This document shows positions 10,600 to 20,264 of a stretch of DNA of 22,677 bases, piece by piece (within the stretch, counting starts at the first letter, position 1; each line of letters opens with the position of its first letter). Source of the DNA: Octopus sinensis (taxonomy: Eukaryota); NCBI RefSeq assembly GCF_006345805.1, contig NW_021836893.1, positions 1-22,677 of the forward strand, read 5' to 3'. Position numbers and translations under genes: made by a program. The notes beneath the pieces were generated by a model. That model did no database searches. It was not told where the DNA came from and saw only the letters and a program-made list of their open reading frames with translations.

Positions 10600-10790
10600 G
10601 TCGGCTCTTAATGTACCGAATCTTTGTTCAGGTTCTGTTGCCAAGGGAACCAAAATATTCTAAAGAAACTCGAGACTATCACAGGACGTCTGCGACTTCG
10701 TCTGAAGATGAAAGGTCAAACCTCCAAGCCAACAAAATAAATGTACTTTTGCTACTCTTTTAGAATTGGTCTCCTGTAGATACTTAAAAC
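10600..10790 (+). mobile_element. Possible Penelope-like terminal-repeat remnant with a decayed hammerhead core
   Basis: CTGAAGA (10702-10708) followed by hairpin AGGT-CAA-ACCT (10713-10723), but CAAG where GAAA is required. Boundaries are uncertain. Confidence 0.3.
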
Positions 10791-11039
10791 GCTTCACTTT
10801 TTCATCGTCCATGTAATATTTATTTCCGCAAATTTTCCACGCACTTCCGGAACACCTGAGTATAGCATTGGTTTACTATTTAATAGTAACGAAAGCCTCC
10901 AGTTGTGTTTTCTGTTACTATGTTTGCCGCCATATTTGACACTGTTTCTTTGAAGGAGTCTGACTTTAACGGCAGACATTGTCTCTGTCGCTTCCATGTT
11001 GTCCAGTCTGATGTTTCCTCACTAAAGCAACCGATTTTC

Positions 11040-11135
11040 TGGAGATGGTAGAGCATCGAGAAGGAATGCCTTGTGTTATTTCTCAAGACTCTCTGCTCGC
11101 TGCGTTCAAATTCCGCCGTAGCCGATTTCCTTCTG
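11040..11135 (+). mobile_element. Degraded SINE family B fragment
   Basis: GAATGCCTT...TATTTC...GTTCAAATTCCGCCG resembles the minus-strand copies at 17927-18208 (GTTCAAATTTCGCTGAGG; GTAAATTCCGCCGAGG). Confidence 0.45.
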
Positions 11136-11768
11136 GGTCAGTCTGTTAATACAATAACAGTCAAATACTGAAGTTGCCTCCTTCTTTTCCATTAAACGAT
11201 CACTCTCCCTCACTCTTTCTGTTTGTCCCTATCTCTCACCTCGTCCCTCTCTTTCAATTCCCCCTCTCTCTATGTTTATCTCTTTATCCATCTCTTTCCC
11301 TCCCTCTCTCATTCGCCCTGTCTCTGTCTTTCCCACTGTTCCTCACTCTACTTCGAGTCGCACCAAACTATTTGACTTGAGGGCGAATACAGTCCTACAG
11401 ACGTTATCAGTGAAAAGGACAGGGTAGTCACAGTTGGAACGTCCTTGATCTCAACTCTTCTTAATATAGTTCATCTGTAACTAAACAACAATTGTAAGAG
11501 CAACAACAACAACAACAGAATCTTGACACACTAATCAAGTTATTAAACCATTCTTGTACTAAACGCATTAATCAACGCCTGACATTGGTATTCTTAATTA
11601 TATTCAGGCGGAATTATTCATATCGAATGTCAAAATGGCGGCAGTCATCGACATTTGGCTTTGAATTCCCTCAATATTAAATCGTACTGAAGATTATTAT
11701 GATATATATAACTATAGCATATAATATTATTAAATACATATAATATACAATATTTAATAAATTTACAT

Positions 11769-11772
<4 letters not shown>

Positions 11773-11821
<49 letters not shown>

Positions 11822-11928
11822 GTGTATTATTTAATTGTATAGTATATACATATAGCTATATTGTATATAAAATTAAATATACAATACAGATAAATATATT
11901 ATATAATTGTATAACTATATAATATTAC

Positions 11929-11972
<44 letters not shown>

Positions 11973-12012
11973 CGCGTGTGTGTGTGCGCGCGTGCGCGCG
12001 TGTGTGTGTGTG
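11773..12012. repeat. (TA)n and (TG)n/(CG)n alternating purine-pyrimidine tracts
   Basis: (TA)n 11773-11817; TG/CG mix 11938-12012. Confidence 0.9.
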
Positions 12013-12526
12013 TTATATGCATACATCTTTCATCGTTTGTTCGCTTGTTTCGGTCATCCTATTTTAATCTTTACCCCAATATGTTCTAATATAAGGTGGA
12101 CAATTTACAGAATCGATCGCGTGTTCGATACATAGCCTAGACGTATTCGATCTGATTCTTTTTTCTCTGATTTTAAATGACACCGAGGTAGATTGTGCCT
12201 CTATTCTGTCATCATCAGCGTGCATCTCAAACAGTCACGCTTAGCAGTACCTCCGTTCTTGTAGTGTTCATCTTGTACCGGTAGTAGCACACTGTAGCAG
12301 TGCCAGGCCAGGGATTTCTTGTTAGTTATCCATGGTAGTGCCCTGACCGAATATCTTCCGAATAAAATCAATTAATTCGGCCGCGTAAGCCTAGAGTTTC
12401 CCTGAAAATGTCATCGCTCTTACCCAACACGGAGATCTCTATATTGCTAACGTACACATTCCACCGACCGGATTGCCAAATTCGTTGAGAGCGGTGACCT
12501 TCACAAATTTTTCTCGGACATGAAAA

Positions 12527-12668
12527 GTGGGTGTGTGGTAAGAAGTTTGTTTCTCAAACACATGATACCGCCAGGTTCAGTCTCACTACGTTGCACCTCG
12601 GACATGTGTCTTCTACTATAGCCTCGTGAGTGGATTTAGTAGGACGAATCTGAAAGAGGCCCGTTGTA
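12527..12668 (+). mobile_element. SINE 5' head (family A), followed by (TA)n(TG)n to ~12802
   Basis: GTGTGTGGTAAGAAGTTTG...GGTTCAGTCTCACTACGTTGCACC...GTGTCTTCTACTATAGCCTCGTGAGTGGATTT. Alignable to 3924-4076 with a ~15-bp internal deletion. Confidence 0.75.
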
Positions 12669-12703
12669 TTATATATCTATATATATATATATATAATATT
12701 ATA

Positions 12704-12755
<52 letters not shown>

Positions 12756-13074
12756 ATATGTGTGGTGTGTATTGTGTTAGTGTGTGTGTGTGTGTGTGTG
12801 TGTAGAATGCATTTGGCAATCTGATTAGAAACGGCTGTAGGATCTGTTGTGTCATGCTTTGTATTAAAGGAACAGCTATAAATGTGATCCACTCGATGTG
12901 TTGGTTAATCTATGGTTTCTCCATTTTCTAATTATTTGCATTGGTTTCTGATAAACTCTTCTTTATCCTATTGCTGTCTGCACTCTACGTGTATGATGTA
13001 TCTGCGCACAATCGCCCGGGGATATTACAGGTAACGGATACGGATATTTATCCCTAAAACGAAACTCTGCTTAC

Positions 13075-13077
<3 letters not shown>

Positions 13078-13112
<35 letters not shown>

Positions 13113-13169
13113 ATCTAATCTATCTATCTATCTATCTATCTATCTATATATATATATATAGTCTATCTA

Positions 13170-13220
<51 letters not shown>

Positions 13221-13312
13221 CTATATATTATATATATATATATATTATATATATAGATGTATATATATAGGTACATATATATATGTATATGGATATATAT
13301 ATATATAGTGTG

Positions 13313-13352
<40 letters not shown>

Positions 13353-13370
13353 ATAATATATAATATATAT
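13078..13370. repeat. Compound (TATC)n/(CT)n/(TA)n microsatellite
   Basis: Direct reading. Confidence 0.9.
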
Positions 13371-13772
13371 TAGGAGTAAATCCAAACTTGCAGGGAAAAA
13401 TTAGATTTAGGATTAAATCAAATTTCGCAGTATAAATATAATTATAAATTAGAGATAAAATCAAACAGTGAAAAACATTAAAATAAAACCAAAAAATATA
13501 AAAATAAATATATTATATAATAAAAAAATATATAAATATAAAAATTTAAAATTAAATTATTTAAATTAAAATTTTTAATTTTTAATTTATATTTATAAAT
13601 TTTTATATTACTTAATATTTTTTAGATTTGAATTTATAAATTTTAAACTTTTAATTTTTTAATATTTATATTCATTTATTTATTTATTTTATTTTATTTT
13701 TATTTATTGTTATTTTTTTAAATAACTATCAAAAAGGTAGTAAAAAGTTTAATATAATATAAGTAAAACCAC

Positions 13773-13855
13773 TACGTATGTTTCATGGCCACAACCCAAA
13801 TCGAATTACAATAATTTAAATTTAATTAAAAATTCGAATTATAATCAATCTTCAG
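13773..13855 (-). ncRNA. Hammerhead-like core, left arm (probably decayed)
   Basis: Minus strand: CTGAAGA (13855-13849), long stem II, GAAA (13784-13781), C-ATAC-GTA. Stem I is poorly paired. Confidence 0.4.
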
Positions 13856-13944
13856 TTTAAAGATAATAGTTAAATAAATAAGCAAATATATTTAAACAAT
13901 ATTTTTAAGAAATAAATAAAATAATAATATATCTTACTCGTAGA

Positions 13945-14172
13945 GGCGCAATGGCCTAGTGGTTAGGGCAGCGGACTCGCGGTCGCAGGATCGCGGTTTC
14001 GATTCTCAGACTGGGCGTTGTGTGTGTTTATTGAGCGAAAACACCTAAAAGCTCTACGAGGCTCCGGCAGGGGGTGGTGATCCCTGCTGTACTCTTTCAC
14101 CACAATGGCGGTTCCCCAGCATGGCCACAGCTCAAGAGCTGAAACTGGAAAAACAAAAAAACAACAAAAAAA
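13945..14172 (+). mobile_element. tRNA-derived SINE (family C head) with a family-A-like tail and A-rich end
   Basis: A-box TGGCCTAGTGG (13952-13962) and B-box-like GGTTTCGATTC (13995-14005). Tail GGCGGTTCCCCAGCATGGCC (14107-14126) resembles GGCGGTGCCCCATGATGCCC (15026-15045). Ends in A/AAC-rich sequence. Confidence 0.8.
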
Positions 14173-14260
14173 ATATATATACATATAATGAAAATTATTA
14201 TTTTATTTATTTCTTAAAAAATATTGTTTAAATATATTTGCTTATTTATTTAATTATTAT

Positions 14261-14362
14261 CTTTAACCTGAAGATTGACTATGATTATAATTCGAATTTT
14301 TAATTGAATTTAAATTATTGAAATTCGAATTGGGTTATGGCCATGAAACGTACGTAGTGGTT
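14261..14362 (+). ncRNA. Hammerhead-like type I core with long stem II and palindromic stem III, right arm
   Basis: CTGAAGA 14268-14274; 70-nt stem II (14275-14344) with AATTCGAATTT/AAATTCGAATT pairing; GAAA 14345-14348; C-GTAC-GTA (ACGTACGT palindrome, GUA triplet 14354-14356). Stem I has only 2 firm pairs. Confidence 0.5.
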
Positions 14363-14724
14363 TTACTTACTATATTATATTAAAATTTTAATACCTTTTT
14401 CATAGTAATTTTTTAAAAAATAAAAGTAATAAATAAATAAATAAATATAAATATAAATATTAAACATTTAAAAGTTTAAAATTTTATAAATTCAAAATTT
14501 AAAAAATATAAAAAAATATAAAAATTTATAAATATAAATTAAAAATTAAAAATTTTAAATTTAAATAATTTAATTTTAAATTTATATTTTATATATTTTG
14601 TATATTATATTAATTATATTTATTTTTATATTTTGTTTTCGTTTTTCACTGTTTGATTTGCCTAATAGTGGTTTTATCTCTAATTCAATTTATATATATA
14701 TATATATTATGATATAGTATAATA

Positions 14725-14764
<40 letters not shown>

Positions 14765-14844
14765 ATAGTATAATATAATATTATATATATATATATCTAT
14801 ATATATATATATATATATATATAGTGTGTGTGTTTGTGTGCGTG

Positions 14845-15082
14845 TGTGTGCCCGTGCTTTTGTGTCTGTGTTTGTCCTTACACACCATTTTTCGACAACC
14901 GGTGCTGATGTGTATACGTCTCTGTGACTTTGCGGTTCGACCATAGACACAGATAGAATAAGTACCAGGCTTAAAAACATGACAATAGGTGCTGGGGTTA
15001 ATGTCTTCGAGTAAGATAATTTCGCGGCGGTGCCCCATGATGCCCACTGTCTAATGATTGAAACAAATAAAAGATAAAAGAT
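14845..15082 (+). mobile_element. SINE family A 3' half
   Basis: After (TA)n(TG)n: TGTGTCTGTGTTTGTCC...GACAACCGGTGCTG...GCGGTTCG...GATAGAATAAGTACC...GGCGGTGCCCCA...GAAACAAATAAAAGATAAAAG (short tandem tail). The family link rests on recalled cephalopod SINE structure. Confidence 0.65.
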
Positions 15083-15270
15083 TGATGGGACCAGCCCCTA
15101 TCCAGGACGCTTTATTGGAAGAAAGTGAAACCCCACAAATAGACCAAGGTTTTTTTTCTACCAAACAATTACAATTAATAACAGAAATTATAAATTCTCA
15201 CATTGGTGCCAGATCAAACAGTTTGAAAGGCATAGAATAGTGTTCATATCGTCTGCTACGGCCTCCAGAA

Positions 15271-15318
15271 CTGCCAGATCGCGTAATTTCGCCCTATCTT
15301 TTGGCTCTTCAGTGACAG
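15271..15318 (-). ncRNA. Minimal type I hammerhead ribozyme
   Basis: Minus strand: CUGUCA-CUGAAGA-GCC-aaaagauag-GGC-GAAA-UU-ACGC-GA-UC^UGGCAG. Stem I 6 bp (one G-U), stem II 3 bp with G-C closing pair, stem III 3 bp, intact CUGANGA/GAAA core, AUC cleavage triplet (cut between 15277 and 15276). Confidence 0.8.
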
Positions 15319-16083
15319 ACCTTCAGTAGTGGCATAATAACAGAATATCCCGTCAATTATATATGGAACATCAATGTGTGTTTAGGGTATAAATACAAAT
15401 ACCTTTTATACACTACGAGATAAAGATCGCATTTTGGTATCAATACCGTTTCTGTCGTTATCAATTATTTTCCAACAAATCTTCTGCCTCTTTGCGACAT
15501 CTGTGTCTAAATAGACAATGATATTCTATATATATGGATGACGGGAAATTCGATTGTTATGTCGCTACTGGACCGGCATTTAAGCCACCCCAGATGCATA
15601 AGAAGGGATAATTTATAGGATCGGGTGGCTGGACAGGAAGCTGGTTGCACTTTTGTGAGTGGATGTCGAAGGGACTTGGAGGTCGACACACACACATCAC
15701 ACACACACACATCACACACACACACACACACACACATCATACACACACACACATTACACACACATGAACTCATACATCCGGTATATATACACACACCATC
15801 ACCAGCTATACACACCAAGGTACACGCAGTCTTAAGAAATTCTCTTTTCTTCTGCCTATGGTGTCGCTGAAATGCCGATCTCGCTTCTCACAATACTTAC
15901 TATGTGGCCCATCTTGACCAATTTGCAGTGGCCAACTTGGATTTCCTGTATCTCTTCTTTCGGTAGACTGAGCTTCAATGAGCTAGGTCTCTGATAGAAA
16001 CCTGCGAAACTTTAAGTCTCATGTACCGAATCAAACCGTTTTAAATAATAATATATATAACACCTACTAAAATCTTTTTCTTT

Positions 16084-16091
16084 AGTTTGTC

Positions 16092-16124
<33 letters not shown>

Positions 16125-16145
16125 GAATACATATATACCACACAC

Positions 16146-16187
<42 letters not shown>

Positions 16188-16351
16188 CATATATATATAC
16201 ATATATATACATACATAAATACATCATATATAAATACATATATATATACACATATATGATATATATAAATATATATAAATACATATATATATATGTATAT
16301 GTATATACACATATATATATGTATATGTATATGCATATATATATATGTATG

Positions 16352-16381
<30 letters not shown>
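16084..16381. repeat. (CT)n + degenerate (TA)n tract
   Basis: Direct reading. Confidence 0.9.
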
Positions 16382-16383
<2 letters not shown>

Positions 16384-16499
16384 GTGTTCTTAATTGTTGG
16401 TGAAATTATCGTATAGTAAGTATTGCTAGAGAGGATGGGTGGTCACCCGTAAAAACTTAGAAACTGGGGGTTGATCTGATAGAACTTCTGCTAACAGCA

Positions 16500-16610
16500 A
16501 TGACTAGAAAAAAAACTTCTCCAAGAGACTCCCTTCAAAATTGCTGTTGAAAGAAAAAGGAGGAGCGAGAGGAACAAGCAGAAAGACTGGCTGCGACATA
16601 GAATTCGCTG
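16500..16610 (+). pseudogene. Possible RTE-clade ORF C-terminal remnant
   Basis: Across a frameshift: MTR...LQ / AVERKRRSERNKQKDWLRHRI, weakly like the RTE C-terminal pattern TILQGTVEGKRRRGR..K.W.DNI. Confidence 0.3.
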
Positions 16611-16736
16611 ATTAACGAACAAGAAGCTAACTTTTATGAAGGATGTGTATCGAGTCTGTAAAGTCATTTAATTCCTTCCTTCATGATCGTTCATCTTTTG
16701 CTAGAATGATTTAGATTGTCGCACAAATATCATACA

Positions 16737-17070
16737 TTGTACTGCATACACACATACACACACGCACACGTACGCACACACACACACACGCACATATATA
16801 CATACACGCACACACACACACGCACGCACACACTCGCACACGCACGCACATACACACACGCACATACATACACACACGTACACGCACACACACGCACGCA
16901 TGCACACACATACACGCACATACACACATTTACATACACACACACACATGCACATACATACACACACGCACACACACGTACACACACACACGCACGAACA
17001 CATTCACCCAGACACGTATACACATACACTCATACACACATATATACAGAGAGAGGAGAGAGAGAGAGAG
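16737..17070. repeat. Degenerate (CA)n/(CACG)n tract followed by (GA)n
   Basis: Direct reading; explains the ORFs between 16701 and 17157. Confidence 0.9.
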
Positions 17071-17926
17071 TGTGGAAGTTTTGTATAGATATCTTTTGAT
17101 AATGGTATTTATTTGTTTGCGAATGATGACCAGAGGAAAAGAGTGCGGTGAACTCACGACTCATGAAATTGTGGAGAGATCAAATAGAATTACTAATTTA
17201 GTTTTGCTTTCAAATTTCACAACATCGTTTTAAATCATTAATAATGTTGAATAGAAAAACGGGGACACATCCAGTTAAGGCCATGCTAGATTAACTTTCA
17301 TTAAGAAACGGGTTGAAGGAGAAAAGACACAGTAACGCTGAAGATGGCGATGGCGACGACGACGCCATTGTCTGGTTTGAGGCGACTCATGTTTTTTTTT
17401 TCCTTTAATTATAATCAAATTCTTTCAAGTAATTCTGAAATTTCCATATCAATTAAATATTTTAATTTTCGGCGACAATCTTGTCTTTGGAATATTTCTT
17501 AGATTCTCTTTTCATTTTCAATTTATATATTCTTTCTTGCTTGTTATTTCTTTTCTTTTTATATATTTAACTATTACCGATACAAAAAAAATACAAAAAA
17601 AAAAACACAGCAACAACAAACTTTAGTGCTTACAAGTCTAATATGAACTATACAGCAGATATATTTAACCGGAAGTCTTAGTTATATTCGATAGGAAGTC
17701 TTGGGTATATATAACAGAAGTCTAAGTTGCGTTTACCATCAAAAGTTGAGTAAAGATACAGTGAAAACGCTAAGCGGTACGGAGTAACGAGGGACATCGC
17801 TGTTGAAGTCGAGAATGGCGATGAAAGGATTCTGAGAAACCAACCGATTGATTGATTGAACGATGAATCAAGCAATTGGTTAGCTTATTGGCAAATAATA
17901 ATAATAATTGTTTCTGATTTAGACAG

Positions 17927-18208
17927 CTAGGGGTTAAATCAATACGATTTACCCCAGTTGATTGAGTTTTATCAACCTCGGCGGAATTTACACTCAGAAT
18001 GTGACGAACAGGAAAAGCGGAGGCTGTCACTTTAGAGGTATTTGACAACTAGAGAATCCTTCCCTGAGTTAGCTGAAGTTAATTCTACGTATTAATTAAA
18101 ATTGGTTTCAAAGTCGACCTCAGCGAAATTTGAACTCACAACATAAAGACGGACGAAATGCCGCTAAAGCATTTTCGCCAGCGTGCTAACGATTCTGCCA
18201 CCTCGCCT
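17927..18208 (-). mobile_element. Two adjacent SINE family B pieces (17927-18025 and 18110-18208)
   Basis: Minus strand head AGGCGAGGTGGCAGAATCGTTAGCACGC...GTTCAAATTTCGCTGAGGTCGACTTT; second piece TTCTGAGTGTAAATTCCGCCGAGGTTGATAAAA...CTGGGGT. Matches 5963-6112. Confidence 0.7.
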
Positions 18209-18263
18209 CTCAGTTATTAATGTTATGGATTGATTTTTTTCAGACTTCGTAATGTGATCCCAT

Positions 18264-18430
18264 TATGTATGTATGTATGTATGTATGTATGTATGTATGT
18301 ATGTATGTATGTATGTATGTATGTATGTATGCATGTATTATGCATACATACGTGTATGCATGTATGTATGCATGCATGTATGTATACATGCATGCTTTCA
18401 GTATGTATGTATGCATGTATCTATATATAT
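18264..18430. repeat. (ATGT)n microsatellite with degenerate ATGC variants
   Basis: Direct reading. Confidence 0.9.
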
Positions 18431-18930
18431 CTATGTAATAAAGAGGCAATTATGCGGATAAACAAATTAGATATATTAAATATAACAGTTTGTGAACGAA
18501 ATACAGAATGTGTGTATATGTATACAAGCAAAACGAGAGAAAGTAAAAAGTGAAGAATTTCAGACGATGGATATTCTAGTATAAACATATAGAATGGTTA
18601 TATTAATAAATCCAAATTACATAGAGTACAAACGACAGAGAGACATAAATGGGTAGAAGAAAGGTGTTGTAAGCTCAACAGCTGTTTCTGGGAGCTCCGA
18701 GATCCATCATAATGGAAGCAGTCAACATTGGATAGAATAAACCTCCGTCGTCAGAGTAGAAAAAGATCTTACATTTCAGATCTTAATACAGCGATTTTCA
18801 AAGATGAAATGATTAAATGTGGAGAGATAGCTGTATTATGGATGTATGGATGTATGTATATATGTATGTATTATGTGTGCGTGTACATGCATGCGTGTCT
18901 ATGTGTATGTTTGTATATTTGTGTGCATGG

Positions 18931-18991
<61 letters not shown>

Positions 18992-19823
18992 CTGTTTTCA
19001 CTTTTTGCATTTTCATCGCTTGATTATTGGCGGAAATCACGTGTTGAAGCACATTGTAGTAATTAATTCCCTAATTCATTTTGAATAAAGAAGTGCACAT
19101 GAACCCGTTTCTGTATTTTGATCAGCAATATCACTCTGTAGATATAACCACAGGATGGGTTAAGCCATATATTTTGTATCAAGACTCTTGCAAAACAAAT
19201 ACAAATACAAAACAAAAACGATAATGCCTACATACGTACACACATTATATATATATGCTTATATATATGATTAATATATTGTTTAAATATATATAATATA
19301 TACATTATATATATGTATGTATACATATATATTTATAAGTATATAGACATATATATATATACACATACATACATACATGTATAAGTATATATATATGTAT
19401 GTGTATATGTATGTACGCATGTATGTATGTATATATAGACATCAGTCAACGTATGTATATTGGACACACAGCTTATTCCATTGTGTCTATCTCCTTACTT
19501 TGTTGCTGAGTAGTAACCATGGCAACGAAATGACAGCCAGACACATCTTTTTTCCTGGTTTAAGCCAAAACTTCCATGAAGCGCAAATCTACTTTTGATG
19601 ATATCCTTACTTCTTTACGCTTGTTTTCTTTAATTCTGTCAATAAGAGGAAAAACAAAAAACAACATTGCCCCACTCACACCCCTCCAATTTCTTCTCCG
19701 CCTCTCTAGCTCTCCCTTTTTCTCTCCCCATCTCTCTCTCTCTCTCTTTCTTCGCGTCTTTTTACCTTTCAAAGCAACCAGCCGAACCATTCCTCAGCAT
19801 TAGTATAATGAAGAATAAGTAAA

Positions 19824-20040
19824 CGAGGGGGTGCTGAAAGTTTCCTGGCTTTAAGGGTACTGCAACAAGCCTGGTGAAAAGCCCAACCTTCGGAGTTCTT
19901 TTGCAGGGCTTAGAAAAACTGAAGGATCGCCGCAATAAGTATGTGAATCTGAGATGGGATTATGTTGAATAAAATTATAATTAACTGACCCTCCTGTATT
20001 TTCTTTTATTCAAAGCCAGAAACTTTTCTGCAACCCGTCG
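19824..20040 (+). mobile_element. Internally deleted mariner (MITE-sized) retaining the transposase C-terminus
   Basis: TIRs CGAGGGGGTGCTGAAAGTTTCCTGGCTTT (19824-19852) and AAAGCCAGAAACTTTTCTGCAACCCGTCG (20012-20040), followed by TA. Internal sequence translates to LQGLEKLKDRRNKYVNLRWDYVE*, like the mariner C-terminus GI.KL..RW.KC....GDYVE. Confidence 0.8.
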
Positions 20041-20264
20041 TATGTGCTGAATTTTAGCCTATATTTTTAATGTTTCTTCCTTTTCGAAAATGGTAATGTG
20101 TGCGTGATTTGAGTGCTATTACGAGCAGTTAGGTGAGCCGCGTAGAGGCAACCTCATTTGTAATTTTATGTACAGAATAGTTTATAACACAATGTGATAT
20201 TTTCCGTTTAATTACTGTTACAAAGATTTATTCGTCTCAGAATATTAAGCGAGGTCCATCTTGA

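Larger units (their letters stand above)
13444..14691. mobile_element. AT-rich fold-back: ~490-bp inverted arms (13444-13928, 14194-14691), each with a hammerhead-like core; probable Penelope-like or retrozyme-type unit in inverted arrangement
   Basis: AAGTAAAACCACTACGTATGTTTCATGGCCACAACCCAAATCGAATT (13761-13807) is the near-perfect reverse complement of 14322-14368. Similarity continues outward (TCAAACAGTGAAAAAC / GTTTTTCACTGTTTGA) and inward. The family assignment is inference. Confidence 0.8.

Noticed and set aside
13945-14015. Functional tRNA gene
   Set aside because: A and B boxes are present, but the anticodon and acceptor stems do not pair properly and the sequence continues into a SINE body and tail.
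13444-14691. NUMT (mitochondrial control region or rRNA)
   Set aside because: It is AT-rich, but I recognise no mitochondrial tRNA, rRNA or protein motif, and the inverted architecture with ribozyme cores explains it better. Not formally excluded without BLAST.
15180-15320. Minus-strand 'AVADDM' as an RT YADD motif
   Set aside because: No flanking RT motifs, and the same bases are explained by the hammerhead and its 3' flank.
17339-17370. CTGAAGA followed by a TGGCG/CGCCA hairpin
   Set aside because: No GAAA or NUH follows, and the hairpin arises from GAT/GAC/GGC triplet low complexity.
19765-19797. Minus-strand CTGAGGA...GAAA (also a similar pair near 20890-20916)
   Set aside because: Stems II and III do not pair.
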